From: Hyphochytrium catenoides
Taxonomy: Eukaryota; Protista; Hyphochytriomycota
Assembly (NCBI GenBank): GCA_900088475.1
Contig: FLMG01003379.1
Span: forward strand, 1-64,000
Direction of reading: 5' to 3'
DNA: 64,000 nt
How positions within the stretch are numbered: the stretch's first letter is position 1; each line of letters opens with the position of its first letter. This document shows, in pieces, positions 47,293-60,700 of the stretch. The notes below the pieces were generated by a model. The model made no database searches. It worked only from the letters and a program-made list of their open reading frames with translations, and was not told where the DNA came from. The translations under genes and the position numbers were made by a program.

Positions 47293-47789
47293 GTAAGGCT
47301 TCTTCTTTCGACACCTTAGCAGTGCTGAGCTGACGTTATATCTCGTCGTATGTCTCGTGGTGTCGCATCCAGTGCTGTAAATAACCAGGAGTCGTCACGA
47401 CTCAATTGCCAAAAAAGCGAAGACCAAGTGGGTCCCATCCTTATCAGCTTTCTTTGAGAGCTGTGCCACTACGAACTGTCCTATCCACTTCTCTTGCCTT
47501 ATCTCTCTCAGTGACAACTGTAAGCTCCGTTAAAAGGACACCATTACCGGCGGCACAAGCACATGTCCACTTTTAGCTAAAAAATATGTATATATACAAG
47601 CCTTGTGCTGGAATTCAGGGAAGAACAGTGCTTGTCTTCTAATTGTATATGTTTGGAAGTTGTCCCCTTCTGTCCTTGGCGTCCTTCCTTGCACTGTAAG
47701 CGTCCTCTGTCTATGCGCCAGGAGTGGTAGTAGAATTGGGACAAAGGAAAAAACAGACGCCTCCCTGCCTCTGCTGGTCATCTCTCCTG

Positions 47790-50700
47790 TTAACTCTGTC
47801 TTTGCTGCATCTTTAACTTGAGTTGTTGAGCAGCGCTAGTTTGTCCCTTGTTTGCTTCACCTCTTCCTCCTCCTCTGCCATAGCCAGCACCTCCCTGAGC
47901 CCTCCCAGCGTTAGCATTCCGAGCGAACTTGTTCGCTCCATTTGCCTTGTTGACAGTGACAGGCCCAGCACTAGCTCCCGGCCTCATCGCTATCATTCCT
48001 TTAGAATTGGTGATCACAGATGCCGCCTTTGCCTGCTCTCTCTGCTTTAAAATAGCCGTAGAGTTCAATGTTGAAGGGGTGGATGGGAGGGGGGATGGCG
48101 TAGTTGAAAGCTGACCTCCAATCGATGAAGAGCGAAGTGGTGAGGGCGCGGCGATGGGTTGCAAGGCTCGAAGGCGTGCCTCCTCTCTTCTTCTCCTATT
48201 GGCTACTTCTGCAATGTCCGAAGGCAAGGCCACGACGGCTTCGCGTTGTCTTAAATTCATTTGCTGAGATAGGTTGCCCACCGTGTTGCCCTTTCAAAGA
48301 ACAGAGCCGGCCAAAGTAAAAAAGGAGAGCACGTTAGAAAATCACTTGGCAGGACCTCGATCTCAGGCGGTAAGCGGCAAGGGATACAACCCAAGATAGT
48401 GGCCAAAGGAACAAACCCTGGGGCCACAGACATCTTTCAGCCACAACGGACCTAAGACGTAAACAAAGAGTGTGCAAGAATTGAGTGCCCTAAGCAAGGG
48501 GTAGGAGGGGAACCGAAAGCTATGGCGTTCAAGGTCGCTTTAATCCCTACCGCTTTATGTGGAATATTCTGTTGAGGGATCACCCTGATGGTGCTCGCTT
48601 GCTTCACAGCATTAAACTTGGCACAGAAGGCCAAAGCAGCCTTCCAGAAGGCGATGCTGAAAGAGACACACGGAAGTAATGAACGACGTCAGAGGAGCTA
48701 TGGGGCTAACGGTAAGACACCTTGATTGGGGCGAGTAACGAAAGAAAATAAAGAACAGAAGGCGGAAGGACGTCCAGTCCGCCAGGTACAGCTGATCGGA
48801 AGCTGTCGTCACAGCTACGGCAAAGCGGGATTGAAGTTACTTACCTCAGCTTTGAGACTAAGCGATTGTTAAGCACAGTTGTCTGGGTGACCGTCTCAAT
48901 GTTCTCCCTGCCTGACACATCAGGGACACCTGATGGAGTTGGTTGGGCGTCTAGGGTCTGGAGAATAGCAGCGAATTGACTTGCGCCGAGCAAATCGGGT
49001 GGCTCTTCTGTCAACAAACTGTTGAGGACATCTAGAAAAACAACGAGGAGGAGTGGTAAGGTCAGCAATGTTCGTCTCAAACAGAGTGACTTTCTATGCC
49101 CGCCCTTCCCAGTGTAAATTGAGCCAGAGGGTTACCTACCATAGCTTCTAAGTGGATCAGCCACAGCTAAAGCGTCAGCGGTGTTATCAGAGGTGGAGGC
49201 CGGCAGACCGAGAGAGAGGCTTTCCAAAATGGCCGTTGTGGCCGGGTCTTCCTTGGCTTCGCCAACCGCTCCCGCGGGAGATAGAAGACTTGAAGACACC
49301 ACTTGAGCGAGAGAGCCGTCAGGAAAAGCACTGTTCAGGAGCTGCGTTACTGGGTCAAAATCGCTCTCTGTATCTCCATGACGAGGCCCCTCCTTGCCAT
49401 TGAGACCTTTAGAAGCAACTGCTGGTGGTGTCTTTGCAGCATTAGAATACTTCGGGTTCTGAAGAGGAGACCTTGCTCCTTTTGGAGCTGATGCAGTGGG
49501 CGTGGATTGAGCCCTTTCTGCAAGGATTGGTGTCTTGGTACCTGCAGGTAGAATGAACACGAGAGATTTTCGAGTTTTAGTAAACACTCAGGTTATGGGG
49601 CGTAAACCAGATAGATCGCTGCCATCGCCACAGACGAAGTGTAGATGCCGCGGTGAGGAGAAAAGCGACATTCACCAAAGGCTTTCGACAACGGGGACAG
49701 CAGTAGGACAGAACTCAAAAGAACAGAGGGAAAAGAAATGTGTTTAGCTGTCGGACCTTTAGCGCTAAGCTTGGCTGCCTTTTTAGCCTGCTCTGCCAAT
49801 GCAGCCCGAGCGGCTGCTGGTGATAGTCCTTGCTTACCCGACACAGGAACAGATGCCTTCCCAGTCTCCTCTTCCATAGATTGCCCTCGTCCTTTTTTCC
49901 TCGCTCCTGCATTAGGTACGGAAGGTACAGCAGCCTGAGCCTGTTGAGTAGCTGCAGCTGCTCTAGTTAAGATAGCCGACATAGGAGATTCATGGCTCCT
50001 ATATCGGCTTAAAGTGTTTGCTAGGGCAAACTTGCTCTGGAGCTTGTTACAGTTGATCACTGTGGTGGCGACAAACACTTCAGGATTTGGATCCAAGCAC
50101 AAGTCTTCCGCCTGATATAGGGCACGCAAGAGCTTCTCTTCCGCTAACGGGAGGACCGTAGATAGATCAATTTCCTTAGACTTAGGGTCAGCTTGTCTCT
50201 GATGCACAGCTAGATTAAGAGATCGAGCAAAGGATTCGTTGGTCGGTTGGAGGAGAACGCGACGAACTATTGCTCCTTCTTCATGGGCGCTTCCTGAGCC
50301 TGCCACAGCAGGGGTGTGACGTAGGTCCTGGAGCTCAACAATAACGTTCCCATCATAGAAGACGCAGGGTGCCTTATAACACCCAGCGCAAACACGTGAC
50401 AAGAGAGAAAGTTAGGCCAATGGCGCTTCCTCTCAGATGCATGCCAGGCTTGACCAAAAAATAGACAGGACTCCCGGGAAAAAAACAGGCACACGCTTAA
50501 GGGTAATGACAGAAACGATCAGATGCGGACAAGAGACATCCTAAGTGGGCTGTCCCAATGTAACAGAAGCAATTAAGTGTATTTGCAGAGTCTTCGAAGG
50601 CGTCACTGACCAGCTCCAGTAGTTCGTAAGGAATCAGACCAAGGTCAATCATACGTAAGAACTCCCTGAACACAAGTTGGACATTAGACTGGCGAAGGGG

Positions 50701-52073
50701 ACTAGGGTGGCTCTCAGAGTTACGCGTGTCCTGCGCCAGAAACTTATAATCCACCAAACGTGAGCCATCTATAGAGGGACCAGTACTGACAAGGAGCGGA
50801 TGGGATGGGACGAGACGACATTCTCGTCCCTGGAAAACCCATACAATGCCAATAGACAAACCCTGAAGCACTTCTAGCCAGACCCCCGATGCCCTAGCGG
50901 GCCCGTACCTAGTTGTTCTGTCATAGATTCTGGCTGACCCCTCATGATAATTGTTTGCGAGACTTCGAACAACGAAAGCGTCTCGATAAAGTAGAATTGT
51001 AAGGGACGGTTTGAGCCCTACCATCCGATCTAGGACGGGAGTACTTTTAGGGTTATCACCAGCGTCCTACCATACCAGATAGGGAAAGAAGGCAGCAGGG
51101 AGAGGTTAGCGTCAATGGCTTGTGATGATAGGCTTTCGGGATCTAACTAACGAAAGGCGGAAAGAGCAATAGAATTAGCGAGAAAGCCGTGGGTAAGGTC
51201 TATTAGAGGCACACCAACTAGCCATTTTTGTGAGTCCACTCGTAGCGGACTAGAGGGAAGGGGAAGCCAGGCAGGCTGAGAGGGCAGTAGGACAGGGAAA
51301 GAGAGCGGAAAAGAGCGACTTCTGAGGAACATCTCTTTGAGGTTTAGGAAGCTGAAAGGTAATGCATGGCCTACCTCTTCTATCAGCACTCTAGCAATAT
51401 TCTCATCCAGACTTCTTGGCAGACTAGAGGCGAGTTTCGCATAGGGATGGAGCCCTTCCATCTCTACTCTGAGTATCTCTCCTATGCCACGATTGGAGTC
51501 TGAATGACGGGAACGCGGATTAAGTGCTTGTACCGCCCTCTCCTGTCCCGCTCTTACTATTCGAAGGAGCTCAGCATCTTCATGGGTTCGCAGGAGCTTA
51601 GCATCTAAATCTTCTGTCTTTTCCCCGTTGTCCTCCTCCTTCTTGTTTTCAAGTTGAGCAGACTGAAGGACGCGCCATTCCGGACGCGCAATTGTCTCCT
51701 CCCTGCTCGTCGAGTGGCTCTTCAATTTCTTTATCACAGGCCCTGGTTGTAGAGTTCGGGGCCTTTGAGGGTGCAATCTCCGCTTCTTCGTCAATATCTT
51801 TGAGATGCTAAAAGCTAACTTCTCCGCATCCTGGTAAAGAAGGTATTAGTCTTCAGGTCAGATTGGGTCTGCATAAGTAATTCCTCTTTCTATTGGCCTA
51901 GCGCTATTTCCCCCTTCAGGTTATGTCATTGGACAAGCTAGTCCCATCGTAAACCACTTAACGCTTGTACTTACGGGTTTTGCTAGATGACCCAACCGTT
52001 CTTCCTTTCCTTCCCTTGCTTGGGATACGGGGACCCAGGCACTCCGCGGCGCCGCGGTGTCGCTTGAGGTCAT
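47790..52073 (-). CDS. SPT20: SAGA subunit Spt20 family protein, multi-exon
   Basis: FLRMIDLGLIPYELLEL, FYDGNVIVELQDLR, RRVLLQPTNES, EEKLL..LCLDPNPEV, low-complexity C-terminus. Start at 52073 is inferred. Confidence 0.75.
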
Positions 52074-54716
52074 GCTTGCCGAGTTTCTGTCAGTAAACCT
52101 CCTCTGGTGTGAGCTCTTCCTCTACAATTCACGTTAAAGTAGCCTTCTAAACTCCCGTTGGCAGAGATGCAGCCAATCGCCCAGGGCCCGAAGGCTGGCA
52201 TCTTAACCTCGCTCAATGTTTCGTTGATCGGTCGACAAATATTTTTGTGCTTCTAATCTCTAGGCAGGCACTGAGAAAAGCATCAGGTGGAGGTGTCACC
52301 TCATCTCGAGATCTCTAATAAAGCTTGCTCCACTCCGCGCGATGTCAAGCTTGCAAGTCATGGACTCTAGTCAATGCTTCTGGGTCAGTCGCTACCCCTG
52401 AAACAAAGAGCTAAGTCTGCTCTTGCCCTGCAGACCAGCCCCACAACTCGGACAACTATTCCTTTGGTCAAAGCTTGTATGGACTTGTTGTCCGTGCTGC
52501 TGCTGCTTGTGATGATGCGCGGAAGAAGTGATTGCGATCAGCAGCTACAGCAGCATTTCGAGTTCTGGTTATCGCAACTGCTTCACCAAAGAATCAATTG
52601 TATGATAAACTGAAGCTGTTCAATAACCTCCCAAAAGGGGTAACCCTCCCAGTCACGCGCCGCCTCACCAAACTTTGATGGACGCTGATATCTATGGATA
52701 AGTTCACGGTGAGTACCTCCTCATCACTATACACCCGGCCTCAGACTGTGTATCTCCTAGGAGACGCGAGTTAAGCTGATCTGTGCTTCTCTTCAGAACA
52801 CCGGAAACTCTTCATCATCAGGCAACAAAGTATAAAGGGAATGTAAAGACACTACTTTCTAACTACTCCGTAGATAATAACAGCTCTCTGTCACTGCTGT
52901 TCTGCTCTGTGACATCATATCCATGACGATCCAGATTTTTGAGGAGATAGTGCCCTGTTCCGCATACGATATCACGGTGATACTGCTCAATACTACGCGC
53001 TATCGCGAGACGGGGGACGGAGGCTGGATGTTCCACCCGATGGGACGAAAGCAGTTTAGCAAATATGCGTTGAAGCTCCATACTTTGTGTAGGCCTCGTC
53101 GAATCTCTGGAGCTAACTAACTGAGCTCTATACCGTTAACTGAGTACAACTGATGGTCAGAACATACTACTATAGAATAGACAGCACCGCCAAAGAGATA
53201 GGAAGTAGTGCTTCACGGAGTTGAGCCACAGGTGTCCATATTGTACCTCATTTTGTTGCTACTAGTGGCGTCACGGAAACATTGACGTGCTGGACTCCGT
53301 CAGTGCAGCCTGCTGCGCGAGCCCATGCTATCCTAATCTTCTTCTGGCACCCTTGGAAAGGGCTTCCAATCATGTGAGTTCCGCGTCGGCGCTTTCCAGA
53401 CCGAAGAAAAGCGTTATTCTGGAGAGGTGTCTGAACGACAGGCTCAATTATTGTCATAAGTAAAGCACCCCACCACTACCAGAATCATTCTTCTTCTTCT
53501 TTTCTTATCTGGTAGAGTTATCGAAGCAACCGTGAGAGATAAAGCAAACTTTTCAAGTCATGAGTCATGAGCATTAGCGGTCTGCTGCCCGTGTTGGCAT
53601 CAAGCCCTGTGTCACCCTCGAATATTTCTAGTTGATGGTCTGTTTTGAGAAGTAGTCTCCGTACTGCCTGTTACGGGTTTATGATCTACGACTAGCAAAA
53701 GGAGGAAGGCTCCTCTTACCTCCTCAACTCATGAGTAGAGGATTTCTTGTCCCTAGCAGCATGCGTTCCGCTCGGGAAAGTAACTCCATTATCAAGAGTA
53801 GCCAATAGAGCATGAGTGGCCTTCTGAAAAGTGAATGACCTGGTTTCTGCTTGAAAGCAAACAGCGTCGATCTACTGGGTTGGCTGGTATTGACATGAGG
53901 TAGATGAATTTCAGAATGAGGCCCATAGCGAACCAGGTTTCCGTCGTTAGCCATAGAAAGGGACTGGAAGAATCAAATGAAACTGGTAGCCGGGCAGACA
54001 TCAGGAGACAACGACGAACAATGCGTGCGTGGTCTGCGATGTGACTCCTCCCCGTTTGATGCAAGATTCTGCAAATCAATAAGCCTTGCCTTCTACTTGA
54101 CAGGGCAAAGAAATACTTCTTTGCTGCTCTTACCTGCTGCTCATCACATCAGGAGAAGTAGAGAGATTGTCAAGCGTCAGGTTAAGCAAGTTCAGTCGCT
54201 GATGATGCCTTTCAGTTGTCTTTGATGATTGAGCTTGGCAAAGCGAGGTGAGTGTGAGTGTGGAAGAGTGATGGAAGGTTTACGAGATGATAGCTGTACG
54301 AGGCAATGATGAACATCCTCTGAGCGTTAGCGGCTCTCCAAGAGTCGTAGTAAGACAGCTGAGATTTGCTCGTCTTTGTTATCTTTCCCCGGATTCTGAT
54401 CTGAGAGCGTAATACGCCCGCCTGGCAAGAGCTGCAATAGCTCCTTCAACGCTCAAAACATCAACCAAAGACGATGAACTTTCTAGCCTTCGCCTGATTC
54501 CCATCCAGAGCACGCAGAACGAAGGTGGATGGCAGCATTCTGCCCGTCATAGTCGAACTGCGGAAGGCGACATCCATAGTGGACCGTGTGGAAGGCTGGG
54601 ATATCGGTGACTTCAGCGACATGGCGTGGGGGTAGTCAGCCAGATCCAGAAGTCTGTTAGTGTGGAGTGGACATCGCTGCGAGGTTAGGGCTGATAGTCC
54701 ACGACGTATTAGCACC

Positions 54717-57700
54717 ATGGCGTCAGAGGACGATTTTGAGGCCAAATTTCCATGCACAAAGTCGACATGGAAGGGAAAGTATGGACGTAGTGCTGTGCAG
54801 CGTCTCTCTGCCCTTTCTAACGCTCCCCCTAATCATCACGTAGGTACTTTCGGCTCTTCGCGATGAGTCGAAACGCTTTTGCCACAATCAAGCCCGAGGA
54901 CTTCAATATTACCCATGACTGGAAGTGGTCCCAGCTTCTAGATGTGCAAATTGAACCCCGAGATCCTGAGGTAAGACAAGACGAAGGTCTCTACAATCGC
55001 CTCTCACCTCAGGCTCACCGTCTTCCTGGCTGCATAGGAGTTTACCTTAACCATCTATGACGCATCCAAGGTCACAAAGGAGAAGTTCAGGTCCAAGTAT
55101 AGATCCTATCTTCTGCCTGAGCTCTTCCGTCTTCGCCGTCTGAGTGGCCCAACTCAAGGTGCCTTGCCGCCAAACATCCATCCAGCCGTAGTCCCACCCA
55201 CACTCAACTTCGAGTGCTCCAAGAAAAATCGAGCAGGCCAGTTGACCCACCTGACCTTGCAGGTACCTAGAGACAAGCGCACCGAACATGTTATGCTCTA
55301 CTTTCAAACAGGGCTTCAGATCTCATTCCTTCTCCCTCTCTGTGATGCTGTCCTACATAACCGTAACATCGTGTAGGTTTCTTTGGAGGCGGTATATGTT
55401 ATACGGGAAGGCGCAACTCCCAAGCCCTTGCACTACAATTTCATACAGCGCATCAGATTGCTGAATGACAAGCAGGATGGCATTGTCCTTGACTATTGTG
55501 GCCGCGCCCGGCTCATCTATTCTCCACAGCGCCAGGAGCTGGTGGCGGCGGTAAAAACGTACGCTCAGAGCTCAGGTATCGAGGTCAACTTTGGAGGCGA
55601 GATCAGTGAAGCAGCTATCGATGAGGAAATCTACCTTTATCACTCACTTATCTCATATGAACATACATACGGTATGCCACCCCAGTCAATCACACTTCTA
55701 TTTCCGAATCTGGCAATGTCCTTTCGCGTCTGCTTTCCCATCCTATGTGACGCATGGTCAAGGGGAAGCCAGTTGCCTCTATACATCTACTGTTCCCACT
55801 GTTTCAGCCTTCTAGGCACATTGTCTTAGGGTTCTGCTACTTTCACTAATGGCTGAGATCGGACCCATCCCGCCGCTTGCTGTCGTCTCTCTTTATTTTC
55901 GCCTTGGTGAAATAACCCTCTTCTTCCTGTGCAGCTACGTTCTTGGTGAATAAAAGGACGGAACGCCATCAGGAAGGTGTAGCTCGCAATCTACTGTTCA
56001 CGTCCAGCCACCTCCTAGAGCGGGAAACCACCGCAAGAGAGGACGACTTATCCATTCTAACCGCGAGGCCGTACAAAGCGATATATCTTATCGTACGACA
56101 CCCAAACGACCCGAACAGGGTGGATATAGAATATATGGATGGCTCTCTTTCTACCTTCATATCTCCTGACTGCAGTCAAATTGTCACGCTTTTACTTGGT
56201 ACGCACTCCTTCGAAGTAGCTCGGCTCTAGCTTATGGTTGTTGTTGTATACGAAGGACGGGGTCGGCTGTTCAGAATAAGTGATAGAGGCAAGGAGTATA
56301 TCGGTATCGCACATTGGTGGGACTATGGAGCCAACTCTCTATAACCTGTTGCTATCATGTGATGCACAAAGTAGCTACGATCGCTCATTTTCCCTTCCTA
56401 CTCTTTCATAGACCTTTGCCAGCTGCTGGGCCTGCGCGACGTTGCGGTGACCTATGATGGAGAGGTAGCTGGAGATCGGGTTCTGCCCCGAGGAGTGCCT
56501 GAGGACCACGCGGAGGCGATGCAGAGTGGGGCGGACACAAGCATTGGCGCATTTTACTTGCGCCGCATTGTATCAGCATCCAAATGGGCAGGAGGAGGTG
56601 CAGGGGCTGGGGCAAGCAGAGGCGTGCTACAGATGATTGATGAGTTCAACGCCAACGTTCCCGCGAGTGGGATTCCTGTGCCTATTACGAGGCGAGAACT
56701 CTTGCTTTGCTCATATCTTCAGTTGCCTATGTCGCTTCAGCAGAGTTGCTGCTTTTTATGGCCCTTTCTGTCCTCCGGCAGTTGTGCCAAATTCTTCTTT
56801 TACCTTTTACTTCATGCCAGCCCCGACTGTCCCAGAGTTTTAGCTTTCTCTCGCCAAGGATCTCTACCCCCTTTTACCCATCTTGATAGGGACCGCCGGA
56901 CTAAGTAGTCTCCCTCGCTAACGCTACGTTGTCTCCTCTGCCTAGCAGACAACTTCTGAGTGACGCCATCAAACCTCTAGTCGGAAACCTTCATCGCATG
57001 TGCCAGACCGACAACCCGCCCCCTAAGGCGACGATCACACTTCTGCAATGCCTCTACCGCCTCTCGGAAACGCCGGGAGGAGGGAAGGAGATGCTCTCCC
57101 CTCCATTGTATAGGTTGATGGTTGAGTCGTTCTGTCGAATCTTTCGCAGTGTCAAGCAAGACGAGCTAGTTACGCACTGGACTTGCCAGTTATTCCGGAG
57201 TTTGTTAAACACTTCAGAAGAAGCGGGAGGGCCTGACATGGCCACGAAGAGAGCAGTGCTACAGGTAAGGCAGTCCTCAAGCTACTTTGTCATCGTTTCA
57301 GATCTTCGTCGTCTTTGATCCCACAGCCGCATTTTACCATCTCCTTTGCGTACACTACTTCTCTGTTTAAGTCATTTATTATCGGACAGGATGGTTCTAT
57401 CGCGGCTTCCCTTGCCAAAACAATGACTGACAATGGAGAGGATGGAAGAAAGTTCCTAGAAAAGCCTTCTCTCTTGATCAGTGGGCTGCTGCACACTGTC
57501 GAGATCCCTCTATGCCTCAACCGCTTCAATGTAGGAGGTGGTCCAGATAGAGACATCCAGCGAATGTTCCTTACTATTCCTGGTGCAATATACTCGTCAC
57601 TGCTCTCTCTCGTCCTTAATGCCGTGTGTCCTTCTATCATCGAGTCGTCCACAATGCTTCTCAAGACTTTCGTTGAAGAAGGGGATATAGAAGCAGTGAA

Positions 57701-60700
57701 CTCCATTAGAGACTCAGCCCTATCCGAGGCTGTGGTGCTGAAGCAGTTGTACAGAGCTATCTTTGATGAAACTCACGACGGAAGGTTAGAAGCCGCTAGA
57801 TCTTCGTGGCTTTATGGCCATTGTTGCATTCGACTCTTCTCCTCGGACTTAACTCTTGTTGTGTTTGGAGTCCCAATAGCCAATTCAGGCCCATATGATC
57901 GTGAGGTTTAAGGGTTTGTCTGCATCCTGATATGACTAGTAGTCACTTAGTGGTTGCTTCCTCTACTCTTTAATTTGTTGCAGATTTGTCAACCGCTTCC
58001 TGTGCTCGCTTTGGATGTCACACCACCCACCATCCAAAGCGCTTCTTCGAAGGATTTTCCCAAGTGGCCTCCTTGACGCGCTTTCTAGCCCTCCTCTCTC
58101 TCTTGAAGAGATGGCAGCCATGGACACTGAAGAGACCAATGGCATGGGGCCTCAACATCAGCACTTGGGCGCCGGAGGTTTGTTGTCATAAATGCTAGCC
58201 GTCGGGGCCCTTGCCTTTTCCCTAGGTCCAATGCAGCTTGAGTCTCTCGTCTCAAATCTTGCTTGTCTGCTCATCAACTGAACTTATTTCTAGTAGCAAA
58301 ATGAGTTGCGTCAATTTCTCCACATGGGTTAGCCCCTGCTACCGTAAGATGTCCCTATTAGGACTCATTGTTGGGGCTCATCTTGGTTTAGGCGAGGACA
58401 ACTATAACGTTGGGAACGGTAGGAGCCATGGACAAAGCTTGCTACCTCAGCCCTCTACGGACAGCAGAGCTTCTTTCCGCCGTTCCTCGGTAGCATCTTT
58501 GCTCAAAATGCGGCTAGAGTCGTCGCACTCTATAAGAAGCATCAGTTCCATCAATCTGGTTGGTGGGTCCAGTATTGATTCTGCGCGGACAACAGGTAAG
58601 ACCTCGGTTAGTGAGAGTGGTTGAAGTATCAGTAGAGGATTCGTTTGAAGACGATACTATTCCGGCCTCCAAAGTTCAAGCTAAAGAGGCCGAATGGCCT
58701 TTCTTTTAGTGGTCGGCACTCTTGAAGAGGGTTCACATAGCAAGAAGGGGAGGGTGCTTAGCCATGGTCATTTTCTTTCAACTCGACTAACTCCAATGTC
58801 CGTCCGAATGCAGCGTCTTCTTCCAGTTCCGGACGACCGGCAGTCGGTACTGATAAGCAGAATGACCATCAAGCCTTCGTCTCAGCGGTTCACACCTCCA
58901 ACTCATCGTCACGGCATGAAAACTTTTTTAAATTTTTCCACATGATTGAGAAGGTTACACATTGAAATCCCTCCTGAAATACTCCCCATGTTTGATAGGC
59001 ATCTCGAAACCTCTGTCCCGTCTGGACTGTCATGGACTACAATATGAAGAAGACCTCCATCGACTTCTGTGCCGACTTTGTCTTGGCTTTCATATGTGTT
59101 GGCTTACACCTGTACGTCTACTACCCAACACGCTCCTATCCCGATTCACAGGACCACCACGAGCCCACTCTAGTATGGAATAGCAAGACACGGGCCAACC
59201 TGCTGCACGCATTTGAATCGGAGCTCTTCGAAGTAGAAAAGGCCCAGAGGGAGGTAGAGGGAGGAATCGCCTGGAACCATGAAGAATTCAGAGTGGAGTA
59301 TCGATGCCTTGACGAGTATATCAAGGTAAATACGTCTTCTTTACGGCAATTTGCCGTGACAACCGCTCCCTAAAAAAATTTCCCGTCCAAGTGGATCCGT
59401 GATCTCTTGTGTAGTCTCCTTCCATTTCTAAGGTTGCCTCGTGCTTCTCACTGCAGGTCGGAAATATTTATCCTGAAGTACTTCTGCTGCTATTGGAAGG
59501 AGAGCGGGAGACAGCCAGGGACAAAATCTTGCAGATTGTGCGGGATCCGGGAGGCTTTATGCTCCAGCTATATCAGCACTTCCTTGAAGGTAAACTATCA
59601 AGCAGCAGCCCTACTTGAAATTAGCTGAGACATCGGAGTGTCTCGCACATTTCTTGACTATTTTCCTTGTTTGCCCTCAAGGAGTTATATATTTTCTGGT
59701 GTCCCACCAGTAGTATTCCTGAGCGTGCTTGGATGATGTAGCATACGACTTTAGAGCCCTCCTCTCTCCTTCGCTCCCCGAGCTCATTACTCTTGCCTTT
59801 AACAGGCTATGCGAAAGCGGAAGTCGATGGTGTCATCTCGACAACCGTTCTTTGCCTTCGATGTTTAAAAGAAGTGTACACTCTTTGTCATGAAAGGGTT
59901 GGGGTGTTCCCAGCAACACCAAAGCTTGTTAGGGTCCTTAAAGAGACCTGGCAGGTTCCAATTTTTCGGACGGTGCTAGATCTGATCTGCGTTCTAGTTG
60001 CCAAGAACAGAGAGAATGCTGAGAGCTTACTTTCAAGGTAAAGACGCAGTGCTGAAGAGTGGAAGACAGAGGTCCAAGTATAGTGGAGCAGAAGCAATCT
60101 TGCTCCTCCTTTTCCTTCGCTTGCTGCATTAAGGTTCATTTTTTCCTCAGGTCGACTCTTGAGTTCCTGGTCTCTCTCCTAAACAACGTCCACGCTGCGA
60201 AAATTGAGGACGCGTGCTTCGGTATAGGTCCTGACCAACGGTAAGGAATGACTAGAGCTCCTAAGTGACGGTCAGGAGTGCGATTGGAAGACAGTTTTGG
60301 AGCAGGGTAGTGCAGACGACGGCGGTTATTGACTCCAATGATGAGTCAGGACGGAATGAAGTAAGGGCGACGGATCTTCAAGCCTAACTAACCCTTGTAT
60401 AGGTTTAAGGCGGCTTCCCTTACCCCTCGTTTGGCCGACCATTTAGGGGAATGGTTCTACAAGCTGCCGTTGGCAGACGGCACGTACAACGGCGATACCG
60501 GTAGGTACTCGGCCACTTGCTGTCCTACTCCTCTGGAGGCATGGGCCTGCTATGAGGATAGCCTATATTCTTTTTGTTGTTTCGAAAGTTCCTCAGGGCA
60601 GCTCTAATAGACTTTGTTCCTCCACACAGCTGAGGGGCCTGTCACAGTTGAGGAGCTCAAACAGCTACTAGAACAAGGAGTCATTGGCACGTCGAGTCCC

